Assembly: GCA_905612315.1 (NCBI GenBank)
Contig: CAJQSL010000007.1
Coordinates: 40,652 to 104,651 of the forward strand
Direction: 5' to 3'
Source: an uncultured Francisellaceae bacterium
Lineage (GTDB): Bacteria > Pseudomonadota > Gammaproteobacteria > Francisellales > CACEW01
Length of the DNA stretch: 64,000 nt
Shown piece after piece: positions 22,747-32,616 of this stretch (its first letter is position 1; each line of letters opens with the position of its first letter). The translations under genes were made by a program, and so were the position numbers. The notes beneath the pieces were generated by a model. The model did not search any database. It was not told where the DNA came from and saw nothing but the letters and a program-made list of their open reading frames with translations.

Positions 22747-23802
22747 TTATAATTTAACTTTTATATTCCCATCAAACTCAACAACTTCACCAATCTCATA
22801 TGATTTAATATCAGTTTTAGATAAGATATCCTGCGCTTTTTGCACTTGATCTTGCGCTAGCACAAACACATATCCAACACCCATATTAAATGTTCTATAA
22901 GCTTCATGCTTTGGCAGATCAGCTAACTCAACTAACAAGTTAAAGATCCCAGGTTTATTGTTATCCCAAGAATTGATATCAATATCAACAGCACAATTTT
23001 CAGGCAAAATTCTTGGTAAATTTTCAATCAAGCCACCACCTGTAATATGCGCCATACCTTTAACGTCGATGCCATTATCTAATAAAGCATGTACATGAGT
23101 CTGATAATTTATATGTGGTGCTAATAAAGCATCTTTTAAACTCACCCCATTTAAATGCTCATGTGTGCTATTTAAATCAAAGTTATTTTGCTTAAATAAA
23201 ATATATCTAGCTAGTGAGAACCCATTTGTATGCAAGCCACTAGATTCTAAGGCAATTAGTTTGTCACCAGATTTAATGCTTTTACCATCAATAATTTTAC
23301 TTTTATCGACAACGCCAGTTACAACCCCAACAAAATCATGCGCACCGGCACAATATGTATCCGGCATCTCGGCGGTTTCACCACCTACTAAAGCTACGTT
23401 ATTTCTCTGACAAGCTTTGGCTAAACCATTTACTAAGTTTGCAATATTTTTAGGATCAATCTTATCACTTGCAATATAATCCAATAAAGTAAGTGGCTTA
23501 GCCCCCATAACTAAAATATCATTTGCAGTAGCACTTAGAAGATCTTCTCCTAGTTTTGAGAAATCATCTGCCATCTCAGCAACAATGCTTTTTGTGCCAA
23601 CACCATCAATACTTTGCACTAAAACAGGGTGATCATACTCATTAAATAAGGCTTTTAAATCATAAAGAGAGCCAAAAGTTCCTAAATCACTTAGAACTGC
23701 TGGAGTATAAGTTTTAGAAACTTCAGCTTTCATAAGCCTTACAGCTTCATTTCCAGCTTCTATGTTTACACCACTTGCCGCATAATCAATCTTTTTACTC
23801 AT
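22747..23802 (-). CDS. purM: phosphoribosylformylglycinamidine cyclo-ligase (AIR synthase)
   Basis: 'SIDGVGTKS'. 351 aa. The start overlaps the purL stop by 8 nt. Confidence 0.95.
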   Translation of the reverse strand: MSKKIDYAASGVNIEAGNEAVRLMKAEVSKTYTPAVLSDLGTFGSLYDLKALFNEYDHPVLVQSIDGVGTKSIVAEMADDFSKLGEDLLSATANDILVMGAKPLTLLDYIASDKIDPKNIANLVNGLAKACQRNNVALVGGETAEMPDTYCAGAHDFVGVVTGVVDKSKIIDGKSIKSGDKLIALESSGLHTNGFSLARYILFKQNNFDLNSTHEHLNGVSLKDALLAPHINYQTHVHALLDNGIDVKGMAHITGGGLIENLPRILPENCAVDIDINSWDNNKPGIFNLLVELADLPKHEAYRTFNMGVGYVFVLAQDQVQKAQDILSKTDIKSYEIGEVVEFDGNIKVKL

Positions 23803-26242
23803 AATTAAGCCCGTTTTCCCAGTTTAATTTTACTTGCTTTAAATTAATATCTAACCAAATTTTATCTAATACAGCATCATATATTTTTAAATCAGGCGAA
23901 TCTTTAGTAACGCCCAATACCCAATGTGACACATCTTGAGCAACTAATTTATGTAAAACTCGCTCAACTTTATCAGCAGGAACTGTTAAAACAAAACCAG
24001 GAGCTTCACTGAATAACCACTCATCAGATCTTAAACTACCCAAACCTGATGGCTCTAGTTTTATATCACAACCAATTTGGTGTCTTAATCCCATTAAAGC
24101 TAAAGTTGTTGCAACTCCACCTAAATTTATTGCTTTTAAAACTGTGATAACTTCTAGATCAACTAAATCTAAAACAGCTTTATTCATAAGTTTGATTTTA
24201 TCTAAATAAAACTCTGGTAAGTTAACATCACTTAAAGCATTTAGCTCATACCATAAAGATCCGCCTAAATGAGCTTGTCGATCACCAATTAAAACTATAA
24301 CTTCACCTTCTTTGGTGAAATCAGGTTTTATAATTTGATCTTTATGTAAAGAGCCAACCGCTGAGATCATCGGGCTTGCAGGCACTGCCCCACTTTTAGA
24401 TTCGTTATATAAAGATACGTTTCCTGCAACAATCGGAATTGGAGTGTCATTTGCAACAGGATCTAAATTAGTAAAGTCTTGCTCTCTATTTATTAGACAT
24501 AAAGTCTCACAAGCTGCTTTTATCCCTTCAACACAGGAGACAAAATCTCCCATCTGCTCAGGTTTTTCAGGATTTCCAAAACATAAGCAATCAGTTATAG
24601 CTTGCACATTAGCACCCACACTTATAACCTTTTGCACCGCTTCAACTACGGCGCCAACTCCAGCAACCCCGGCATCTATTTGCCCATAATATGGGTTTGA
24701 TGCAATTGCTAGCGCTACTGCTATATCATCTTTTTCATCAAATGGTAATAAAACCCCAGCATCAGCTTCATCTCGAGTTACAAGCATGCGCCCTTGTACT
24801 TGTTTGTCATAGTATTGATAGATATTTTGCTTTGATGCTAAATTAGGATGCCCCATTAAATCATAAAATTTAGAACTTAAATCTATTTTCCCATCGCAAA
24901 CTTGAGTTTTAAAGTTATTAATTTTTTCTAAGTTATCTACTGTTTGCTTAGCTTTAGAATCTGTAATCTCATAGGGTCTGTCATATAAAATCCCTTCAGT
25001 AATATCTGATGCCTTAGCATCAACTAAAATTTGATCTTTAAAACTTACTTTATAGTTTTTATCATCAGTAATATGCCCTACAACTTTGGCACAAGCACCT
25101 TTTGAGATATTAGGTAAATCGTATTCTTTATTATAATGATCACAAATAAAATCTACTAAATCAGGCGGGCAACACCACATATAACGCTCTTGGGTCTCAG
25201 CACATAAAATTACTGCAGGAGCCAAATTATCCATAGATACCGGCACTTCATCAAGGTGAATCCTAGCGCCATAACCTGTAACTTCTGCAATCTCAACTGA
25301 AGCACATGCAATACCACCTGCGCCTAAATCTTTAAAACCTACTTTATCTAATAAGTTTTTAGCTTTTAATTTTTTGAATAAAGACTTTGAGATTTTCATC
25401 ATCATCCGGCCTAAAAATGCATTTGGCTCTTGCACTGCACCTTTGTTGGCATCGCTACCTTCTTCTTCTAGATCAACCGATGCAAAACTTGCACCCCCAA
25501 AACCACTGTTATCAGTTGGTTTGCCAACTAGAATCAATGCATAATTATTGGCATCTTTTGGAGCATATGAGTGAATAATTTCATCATCTTTTAAACTACC
25601 CAAAGTTGTAACAGTCACTAAGCAATTATCTTTAAAACCTGAGTGAAAATACGCATCCCCGGTAATATTTGGCACACCAATTGCATTCCCATAACTTGCT
25701 AACCCAGATACTACGCCATCATAAATCCAATGGGTTTTAGGATTATTAAAATCCCCGAATCTTAAACCATCAGCAAGTGCAATAACTTCAGCTCCCATAC
25801 AAGTTACATCTCGAATATTCCCGCCAATCCCAGTAGCGGCGCCTTCAAATGGCACAACTTGCGATGGATGATTATGTGACTCATGACTAATAACCAAACT
25901 AAAACCTACACCAGTTTCATCTTTACAAATTCGAATTACGCCGGCATCTTCTTTGGCACCTAAAATCACGTTTGGGCCATCGGTAACAAACTTTTTAAGA
26001 TGATTTTTTGAACTTTTATATGAGCAATGCTCCGAACCTTGAATTCCCCATAAAATACACTCAGATAGAGTCGGTGCGCGATTTAATAATTCTTGAATTT
26101 TCAAAGCTTCTGAATAAGTTAATGCTAGATTATATTCTTTAAGAATATTTAAAGCTTCATCTTGAGTAATATTTGCAAAGTCAAATTGCGGGTTCAAATT
26201 ATGTTCAGATTTTTTTGATGATTTTTCTGGTGTCATATTCAA
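23795..26242 (-). CDS. purL: FGAM synthase subunit II (small-type PurL)
   Basis: 815 aa. 'HESHNHPS' motif. Duplicated PurM-like ATP-grasp-less fold typical of split-type PurL. Confidence 0.9.
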   Translation of the reverse strand: MNMTPEKSSKKSEHNLNPQFDFANITQDEALNILKEYNLALTYSEALKIQELLNRAPTLSECILWGIQGSEHCSYKSSKNHLKKFVTDGPNVILGAKEDAGVIRICKDETGVGFSLVISHESHNHPSQVVPFEGAATGIGGNIRDVTCMGAEVIALADGLRFGDFNNPKTHWIYDGVVSGLASYGNAIGVPNITGDAYFHSGFKDNCLVTVTTLGSLKDDEIIHSYAPKDANNYALILVGKPTDNSGFGGASFASVDLEEEGSDANKGAVQEPNAFLGRMMMKISKSLFKKLKAKNLLDKVGFKDLGAGGIACASVEIAEVTGYGARIHLDEVPVSMDNLAPAVILCAETQERYMWCCPPDLVDFICDHYNKEYDLPNISKGACAKVVGHITDDKNYKVSFKDQILVDAKASDITEGILYDRPYEITDSKAKQTVDNLEKINNFKTQVCDGKIDLSSKFYDLMGHPNLASKQNIYQYYDKQVQGRMLVTRDEADAGVLLPFDEKDDIAVALAIASNPYYGQIDAGVAGVGAVVEAVQKVISVGANVQAITDCLCFGNPEKPEQMGDFVSCVEGIKAACETLCLINREQDFTNLDPVANDTPIPIVAGNVSLYNESKSGAVPASPMISAVGSLHKDQIIKPDFTKEGEVIVLIGDRQAHLGGSLWYELNALSDVNLPEFYLDKIKLMNKAVLDLVDLEVITVLKAINLGGVATTLALMGLRHQIGCDIKLEPSGLGSLRSDEWLFSEAPGFVLTVPADKVERVLHKLVAQDVSHWVLGVTKDSPDLKIYDAVLDKIWLDINLKQVKLNWENGLNYE

Positions 26243-26327
26243 AGTAAATCTCGCTAAATTAATCTATAAATATTTCACGAGGATTATATCTAACTTTTAG
26301 GTGAATTGCATCTGGATTGTCTAGCGG

Positions 26328-27149
26328 TTATGCAACCCAAAAAGCCTTATCACCCAAATAACCTTTAAATCTAACTTGCTCTTTAGAATCTTTAGAAGAA
26401 TAAGAAGATAGTTCATCAAACACTGGCACTTTCCATTTATTACCAGCAAATAATCTTTTTGAGAAGGCTTTTACTAACCGGCAACTTTTCCACTTATTTG
26501 CATCACCTGAGTGATCTTTACATACAGAAGCTTGAGTAATTAATATATTAACATTGCCTTTGTTATCTAGAGTATAGTCGCCGGTATTAGCTTGATGAGT
26601 TAGAATAAGATCTCGCTTTGGAGTTTTTGGCCTTAAAACAACTCTTACGCCATAACCTACGGTAATTTTTACTCCAGCTTGAATAGATTTACCATCTTTA
26701 GCACTTCCGCCGATCATTTTAAGCTCACCTTCAACTGGGGTTATGTTTAAGATATAAATTCGCTCTTGTTTTAAGCCTGTAGATAAAGGCAAAACTCTCA
26801 CTTTACGAGACTGATTAACCGGGATAACCATCTTTAAAGGAGATGCAACTAGCCCAAACTTAATTGGATGCTTATGATCTGATGGGATTTTCTTTTCGTT
26901 TTTTTCACCTGGGTTTAAAACTCTTTGGACCTCAAGCTGAACATATGCTTTTTTATCTCCAGTGTTATAAACTGTGACATCAGCATAACCTGGCCCATCA
27001 TTTAATAAATTAAGCTCAAGTGGGCTTGCGGTTATTAATGCCGCTTGAGCCGGCTGAATAGCTTCAAAGGTTGCTGCGATAACTACAAGAAAGATAAAAC
27101 CTATAATATATTTAAATCTGCCTAATCTAAATTTTCTTCGCATAACCAC
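26328..27149 (-). CDS. secreted PapD-like (pilus periplasmic chaperone fold) protein, orphan
   Basis: Signal peptide ending 'AQPAQA|A'. 'ADVTVYNTGDKKAYVQLEV', 'LVASPLKMVIPVNQSRKVRVL' and 'KQERIYILNITPV' follow the PapD N-domain consensus (vtNtgd..vlvq; PPl.rl.pg..q.vRi; drEslf.lnv..iP). Confidence 0.5.
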   Translation of the reverse strand: MVMRRKFRLGRFKYIIGFIFLVVIAATFEAIQPAQAALITASPLELNLLNDGPGYADVTVYNTGDKKAYVQLEVQRVLNPGEKNEKKIPSDHKHPIKFGLVASPLKMVIPVNQSRKVRVLPLSTGLKQERIYILNITPVEGELKMIGGSAKDGKSIQAGVKITVGYGVRVVLRPKTPKRDLILTHQANTGDYTLDNKGNVNILITQASVCKDHSGDANKWKSCRLVKAFSKRLFAGNKWKVPVFDELSSYSSKDSKEQVRFKGYLGDKAFWVA

Positions 27150-27283
27150 CCTTAATAATTTAAAATTTCGTCTTGAAAAAATATAAGCCTATTAAAGCAA
27201 AATAAACATTAACTTGTCAAAAAAATTATTCTAAAAATCAATTTAACGATATATAATGGCCACAAAAAATAAGAAAATATACT

Positions 27284-28744
27284 ATGAAATTAAGAATAAC
27301 ACTTGATGGAAACATCATAACTCAACCTAATAAAGCTCAAATCTATGAAACAGAACAAATTCACCTTCACCCAGATGGCCAATCTACACAGATTGAAAAA
27401 ATAGCAGAGAATAGTTTTAATCACTTGGTATCCTTATTCGCCAGACAACAATATGCCAACTCCTTTTATCTAAATTTTTTCTTAGACTCTGCCGACATTC
27501 CTAGAATATCTGGTTATATAATATCTTTTTATCCGGATTCTGCGATAATCAAAATAGATGATGTCATGTCAAGTTATATCCTTCACCGACTAAGATCTCA
27601 CATAAAACACCATGTAAAAAGACCTAGCGCAGGAGAAAAAGAAATATGCGTTTATATTCCAACTGAATGTTTTTTACTTAGTAACTATGACCTGCGGCAA
27701 TTTTTACAATCTTTATTAAAAGAGATTGTAACCCTGCAGCAAATATCACCTGATGCTAGTTCTTATTTAAATATAAGTATAAAATCCCCCAAAGCAAGTG
27801 CAATAAACGAGTATTTCAGTTTTTTATCTACTCTGGCAAGCAAAATAACTTCTCTTAGCATAACTAAAACAGAAGGTATACACCAAGACTGTGAACATCT
27901 TGTGTTTACACAGCTTTTGGCAGGTTTACTCTATAAAACACCACTATTAGCTTATCTTTCACTAAGAGATAACGACCTTAAAAGTGAACACCTGGAACAA
28001 ATATCAAGACCATTAGCTTTACACAAAAATATAAAAGACATAAATCTACAAGGTAACTCAATTACTCGATTAACATTCCTTTGTGAAATTCTAACTAGAA
28101 ATACATCTTTATTTTGTTTAAATCTCCATTACAACAAGCTAAATGCTCTTACACTAAAAGAATTTATACAATTATTTGAGAGCTCTCAGAATACATCCAT
28201 ATTAAATTTAAATATATTTACGCAGATACTCCAACCACTAGGCCCAGTAGCTATCTATCTACAAGCGCCAAATAATCTAAATAATTACGACCCAAGGGCA
28301 AGACAACAACGAGATATACTAGCTTTTAAAAAACCCGTAAATACATTAATTAATTTAATAACAAGAAATAACAAAATAAAAAAAAGCAAACTTACACCTT
28401 TTTTGCTTAGCTTAAGAGCCACCAATGTAGTTCTGTATAATTTAATAGCTGATATTATTACTAAAGCAGACACATCGCCTAATCCAACAACTACTCCCCT
28501 TAGAAAAAAACTAGACACCAAGCCCTGCACATTTTCAAGATTCGCCTTATACAATAAAGATATTACTTTAAACATTTTATCTTTTATCGCCTATGAAGAT
28601 AAACTTGAAGAAAAAAAAGAGCTGGCAAATCCTAGCAAAAATACATTTGATGCTAATTTAAAGTATCTTGATCATCGCTTAATGCTATTTAAAAGCTTAC
28701 AACCTGCTGAGCAAAAGCCCGAACCTATGAGTTTATGTGTGTGA
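27284..28744 (+). CDS. leucine-rich-repeat protein (ribonuclease-inhibitor-type LRR), eukaryote-like
   Basis: 'LAYLSLRDNDLKSEHLEQISRPLALHKNIKDINLQGNSITRLTFLCEILTRNTSLFCLNLHYNKLNALTLKEFIQLFESSQNTSILNLN' forms ~28-aa LxxLxLxxN repeats. Confidence 0.6.
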   Translation: MKLRITLDGNIITQPNKAQIYETEQIHLHPDGQSTQIEKIAENSFNHLVSLFARQQYANSFYLNFFLDSADIPRISGYIISFYPDSAIIKIDDVMSSYILHRLRSHIKHHVKRPSAGEKEICVYIPTECFLLSNYDLRQFLQSLLKEIVTLQQISPDASSYLNISIKSPKASAINEYFSFLSTLASKITSLSITKTEGIHQDCEHLVFTQLLAGLLYKTPLLAYLSLRDNDLKSEHLEQISRPLALHKNIKDINLQGNSITRLTFLCEILTRNTSLFCLNLHYNKLNALTLKEFIQLFESSQNTSILNLNIFTQILQPLGPVAIYLQAPNNLNNYDPRARQQRDILAFKKPVNTLINLITRNNKIKKSKLTPFLLSLRATNVVLYNLIADIITKADTSPNPTTTPLRKKLDTKPCTFSRFALYNKDITLNILSFIAYEDKLEEKKELANPSKNTFDANLKYLDHRLMLFKSLQPAEQKPEPMSLCV

Positions 28745-28805
28745 TTTTTTTGTAATATAGATGTATAATTAAATAAGTTATAATCATGATCTAGGGCTTA
28801 AAGAC

Positions 28806-31445
28806 ATGCCTCCAAAAAATAAAAAGCCAATAGTTTCTCCAAAAGAGCATCATAAGCTTATCTTAAATGTTGTGCGCAAGAAATTTGAAGATCACCAAGC
28901 AAGTTCCCACATTTTAAGTTTCTATACCAAACAAACAGATACCCTTTTATGCCAACTTTGGCCCAAAAACATACAAGCAAGCTTATATGCAATTGCAGGC
29001 TACGGCAGAAAAGCGTTATTTCCAGCAGCTGACCTTGATATTTTAATCATAACTAATCCTGATATTAATAAAGATCAAAAAAATCAAATTAAAATATTTT
29101 TACAAAAATTATGGGATTATCAATTCAAAGTAAGCCAAAGAGTTCTTACAACATCTGAGCTAAAAGAAGATCTAATTACCGATCAAACTTTTTACACAAG
29201 CCTACTAGATGCAAGATTACTTATTGGAAATAAATATAACCTTATAACATCTGAAATTCGAAAAAACTGGGGAGATAACTTTTTTTTAATAAAGATAAAT
29301 GAGAGAAACAAGCGTTTAGAAAAGCATTATCATACGCTTGAGCCGGACATAAAACACACCAAAGGAGGCCTTCGGGATATCCATCTTTTAAGATGGTTAG
29401 CGCAGCATTTTTATCATGGAAAAAAAATTAGCTATTTAGTAGATAAACATATCATCACCCCTGAGGAGTTTGGCAAAATAAAATCAGCCAGAGGAACTCT
29501 AAATCAAGCAAGATTAGGGCTACACTTACTAACCCCACCATCAGACAGGCTCCTTTTTGAAAACCAGCTAAAACTTGCCAAAATTATTATCCCAATAAAA
29601 GATAACTCAAAACAAAGCAGAAACTTCCAAGTTGAAGCCCTTATGAAACAAATATATCAAGCTATATCTGATATAAAATGGGTAACTCAAACAGTTTTAA
29701 CGCATCATGCCAGCATGTATGATAAAAATTTTAAGCATGATTATTATTTAGAGGCTAAAAGCTTAACTCAATCTAAGCTTTTAAAATTAAGCCCTGATGA
29801 AACTTGGATATTAATTTTCAAACAAATTGCAATTTTATGCCAAACCAATAATGCGCTCCAATTTGATATCCCTACTATTAGAAATATAAGAGCCATACTT
29901 CCCAAACTTAAATCTTTTAGAGAAGTATCAACTGAAGTTAAGCGGCAATTTGTGCATCTAATGCAAGAAAAAAATCTTCTAAAAGCGTTTGAGACCTTAA
30001 TTCATTGCGGGCTTTTAGATATCTATTTACCTGAATTTGCTGATTTAAAAGGTCAAATGCAATTTGATAGATATCATAAATATCCTACGGATCAGCATAT
30101 TTTTAATATCCTAAAAGAAATCTCATCTATATTTGATAAAAATTATGATAAAAGCATAAAGATCCCTCTTGCAATTGATATAGGAAAGAAAATAAAACGT
30201 AATGACCTACTTTTTCTAGCTGGCTTATTCCATGATTTAGGTAAGGGTCGTAATGTGGATCATTCCATTTGGGGGGCAGATGCAATAGAAGAATTTGCTA
30301 AAGCACATGATTACCCTCCTGAAGATATTTCTTTAATGAAGTTTTTAGTTCAAGATCACCTTATTTTAAGTAGTACAGCCCAAAAACAAGATATCTATAA
30401 TATTCAAACAATCAAAAATTTCTCTAGCATTGTTGGTTCTGTTAGGTATCTTAATTTTCTATATTTATTAACAGTATGTGATATCCGCGCGACAAACCCA
30501 GCCCTTTGGAATAACTGGACAAACTCTTTACTTGAAACCCTCTACACTGAGACCAAGTGCTATCTTGAGCAAGATAAATCAGGTTACGTGCAAGATCTTA
30601 TGATTCAAAATAAAAAAGAAAAACTTATAGAAATCACTCCAAAAGATAAATTAGCTAAATTTAAAAAAATCTGGAAAGATTTCCCCAAACATTTATTCTT
30701 ACACTTACCATTTGAGTCTATATCTTGGCTTAATAATGAGCTCCTTGATCAAGACCTAATAAAAGTTAAAGATACCGCCGTTTTTGCAAGGCAAGTTGCA
30801 GCTAATCCATCTGATGGCGAGATTTATATAATCTCAACTCGTAAAAAAGGCTCTTTTTATTGCATCACTAAAACCTTAATGAATCTTAATTTAAGCATTC
30901 TAAATGCTAGATACTATCTAACCAATAAACAAAACCAAGCTATTGATTATTATCAAGTAAAAGCTCACCCTAACACTAATTGGTATTACATCGAAAAAGA
31001 AATCACTCAAGATTTAAAAAATCTATCTGAAGAAAATATTTTAGATAAAATTGGGCCCGATAAAAGCTCAAATAAAGATCTGGATAAAAAATTAGATAAA
31101 AATCTAGATAAAAAACTAAAACCTAAAACTTCATATTTAAAAACTAAAAACATCTTTAATATCAAAACCCAAATTTGGTTATCTCAACTTATTGAGTATG
31201 AATATGATGCTAAAAATAATGTTAAAAAAATTAAACCTGGGTTATTACAACTTGAGATTACAACTTTTGATAGGCCGGGGCTTTTGGCGAGTATTGCTTC
31301 CATTTTATATAAATTTATGTTACGATTGCATGAAGCTAGAATCATAACTCATGGGGCGAGAGTTAGAGACGTCTTTTTAATTGATGATTCTTATTTAAAT
31401 TACTCACTATTATGTAATTTAATTAATAAAATTGAAGGAATTTAA
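28806..31445 (+). CDS. glnD: [protein-PII] uridylyltransferase / uridylyl-removing enzyme
   Basis: N-terminal NTase region, HD domain 'FHDLGKGR', and C-terminal ACT-like 'TTFDRPGLLASIASIL'. Contains a 12-bp x3 coding repeat (~31077-31117, 'DLDKKLDKNLDKKL'). Confidence 0.9.
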   Translation: MPPKNKKPIVSPKEHHKLILNVVRKKFEDHQASSHILSFYTKQTDTLLCQLWPKNIQASLYAIAGYGRKALFPAADLDILIITNPDINKDQKNQIKIFLQKLWDYQFKVSQRVLTTSELKEDLITDQTFYTSLLDARLLIGNKYNLITSEIRKNWGDNFFLIKINERNKRLEKHYHTLEPDIKHTKGGLRDIHLLRWLAQHFYHGKKISYLVDKHIITPEEFGKIKSARGTLNQARLGLHLLTPPSDRLLFENQLKLAKIIIPIKDNSKQSRNFQVEALMKQIYQAISDIKWVTQTVLTHHASMYDKNFKHDYYLEAKSLTQSKLLKLSPDETWILIFKQIAILCQTNNALQFDIPTIRNIRAILPKLKSFREVSTEVKRQFVHLMQEKNLLKAFETLIHCGLLDIYLPEFADLKGQMQFDRYHKYPTDQHIFNILKEISSIFDKNYDKSIKIPLAIDIGKKIKRNDLLFLAGLFHDLGKGRNVDHSIWGADAIEEFAKAHDYPPEDISLMKFLVQDHLILSSTAQKQDIYNIQTIKNFSSIVGSVRYLNFLYLLTVCDIRATNPALWNNWTNSLLETLYTETKCYLEQDKSGYVQDLMIQNKKEKLIEITPKDKLAKFKKIWKDFPKHLFLHLPFESISWLNNELLDQDLIKVKDTAVFARQVAANPSDGEIYIISTRKKGSFYCITKTLMNLNLSILNARYYLTNKQNQAIDYYQVKAHPNTNWYYIEKEITQDLKNLSEENILDKIGPDKSSNKDLDKKLDKNLDKKLKPKTSYLKTKNIFNIKTQIWLSQLIEYEYDAKNNVKKIKPGLLQLEITTFDRPGLLASIASILYKFMLRLHEARIITHGARVRDVFLIDDSYLNYSLLCNLINKIEGI

Positions 31446-31451
31446 TACATA

Positions 31452-32411
31452 ATGAGTCAACCATCTAGAATAGTAATAGTATATGCAAGGACAGATTTTC
31501 ACGCTTACATGTCACAGATGCGGGACTATGCACTTTCGCACTCTGACATAAAAGACAGAGATGATGAACATTACGTACTTAGACATTTACTTAGCAACCA
31601 TTGTCCTGAAATAGATGTCAGAGTTCGCCCCCCACTTTGGCGGGGGGAGATGGCAGGTCTAGTTAGTTCAACAGAGGAAAAAGTCAAGCCCCCAAAATAT
31701 ACTGAACTTATAAATGACTTGAATAAAGTTGAATATAACGGATCCCCTGTTGATAGTAAAAAATTAGCTCAAGACATTCTTAATCTTAATTTTTCTGATT
31801 ACTCTGAACCAAATCAGACAAAAATTTTAGTATTTATGAGTGCATGCTTTTTTTCAGAAGAAAGTAGAGAGCGCAACACCCAGTTAATATTTTTCTCTGC
31901 CCTTCATATGGTAAAAGATGGCGAGATAACGTTCGATGATTTATTTGAGATGTGTCCTAGCACAATAACAGCTCAAGATGGACGCATACTGACCAATGCT
32001 GTACAAAAGGCAATAGCCCTAAAAGCAGAAAAACATCAAGATACACCCGAAGAAGCAATACGTAATAGTTTATTAAGTGGATATAATCCTAAAACAGTAG
32101 ACCTGGCATTAAAACATCTTAACATTATTACTCGTTACAATATAAAATATGATTTAAAACATCATGGAACTGGTAGGAGTAGAGAATCCCCAGCATGCGC
32201 ACGAGGATTATCTCGAACAAGAGAGACTATAAAGAAAGCCCAAAAACTATTAACTAGAGGAAAACCTCCTAATAGTCTAGTTAGATCACTTCAAAAAGAA
32301 AATGAACCTCCTAAAAAAAGAAGAAAAACTTTGTGTACGCCTTTATATAGTAATAATAACACTTTTAGTAATAATAACACTTTGTCGTGTATGACTTTAG
32401 TTAAGAGATAG
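31452..32411 (+). CDS. hypothetical protein with C-terminal classical-NLS-like 'PPKKRRKT'
   Basis: 319-aa ORF starting 6 nt after the glnD stop. No family recognised. Basic cluster 'ENEPPKKRRKTL' near the C-terminus. Confidence 0.5.
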   Translation: MSQPSRIVIVYARTDFHAYMSQMRDYALSHSDIKDRDDEHYVLRHLLSNHCPEIDVRVRPPLWRGEMAGLVSSTEEKVKPPKYTELINDLNKVEYNGSPVDSKKLAQDILNLNFSDYSEPNQTKILVFMSACFFSEESRERNTQLIFFSALHMVKDGEITFDDLFEMCPSTITAQDGRILTNAVQKAIALKAEKHQDTPEEAIRNSLLSGYNPKTVDLALKHLNIITRYNIKYDLKHHGTGRSRESPACARGLSRTRETIKKAQKLLTRGKPPNSLVRSLQKENEPPKKRRKTLCTPLYSNNNTFSNNNTLSCMTLVKR

Positions 32412-32616
32412 AGATAGAAATAATACTAGTATTAAGAGGAATTCTAACCAACTCTAAATTATATAACATTAAGATGATACGCTAAAATGGTAGTGGCTAT
32501 CAAATTTCATCAGAAAAAACTTTACAAAAAAGTTTACATATAAGATAATCCAGCCGATTTTCAATAAAAACAAATAACAAAATACATCTAAATGTATTGA
32601 TTTTTGAGGAGTTACA

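Noticed and set aside
28530-28600. F-box-like stretch 'DITLNILSFIAYED' in the LRR protein
   Set aside because: Only the first helix pattern (L..IL.....) is matched. The downstream conserved hydrophobic/Trp positions of an F-box are not evident. It is too short to call without a profile search.
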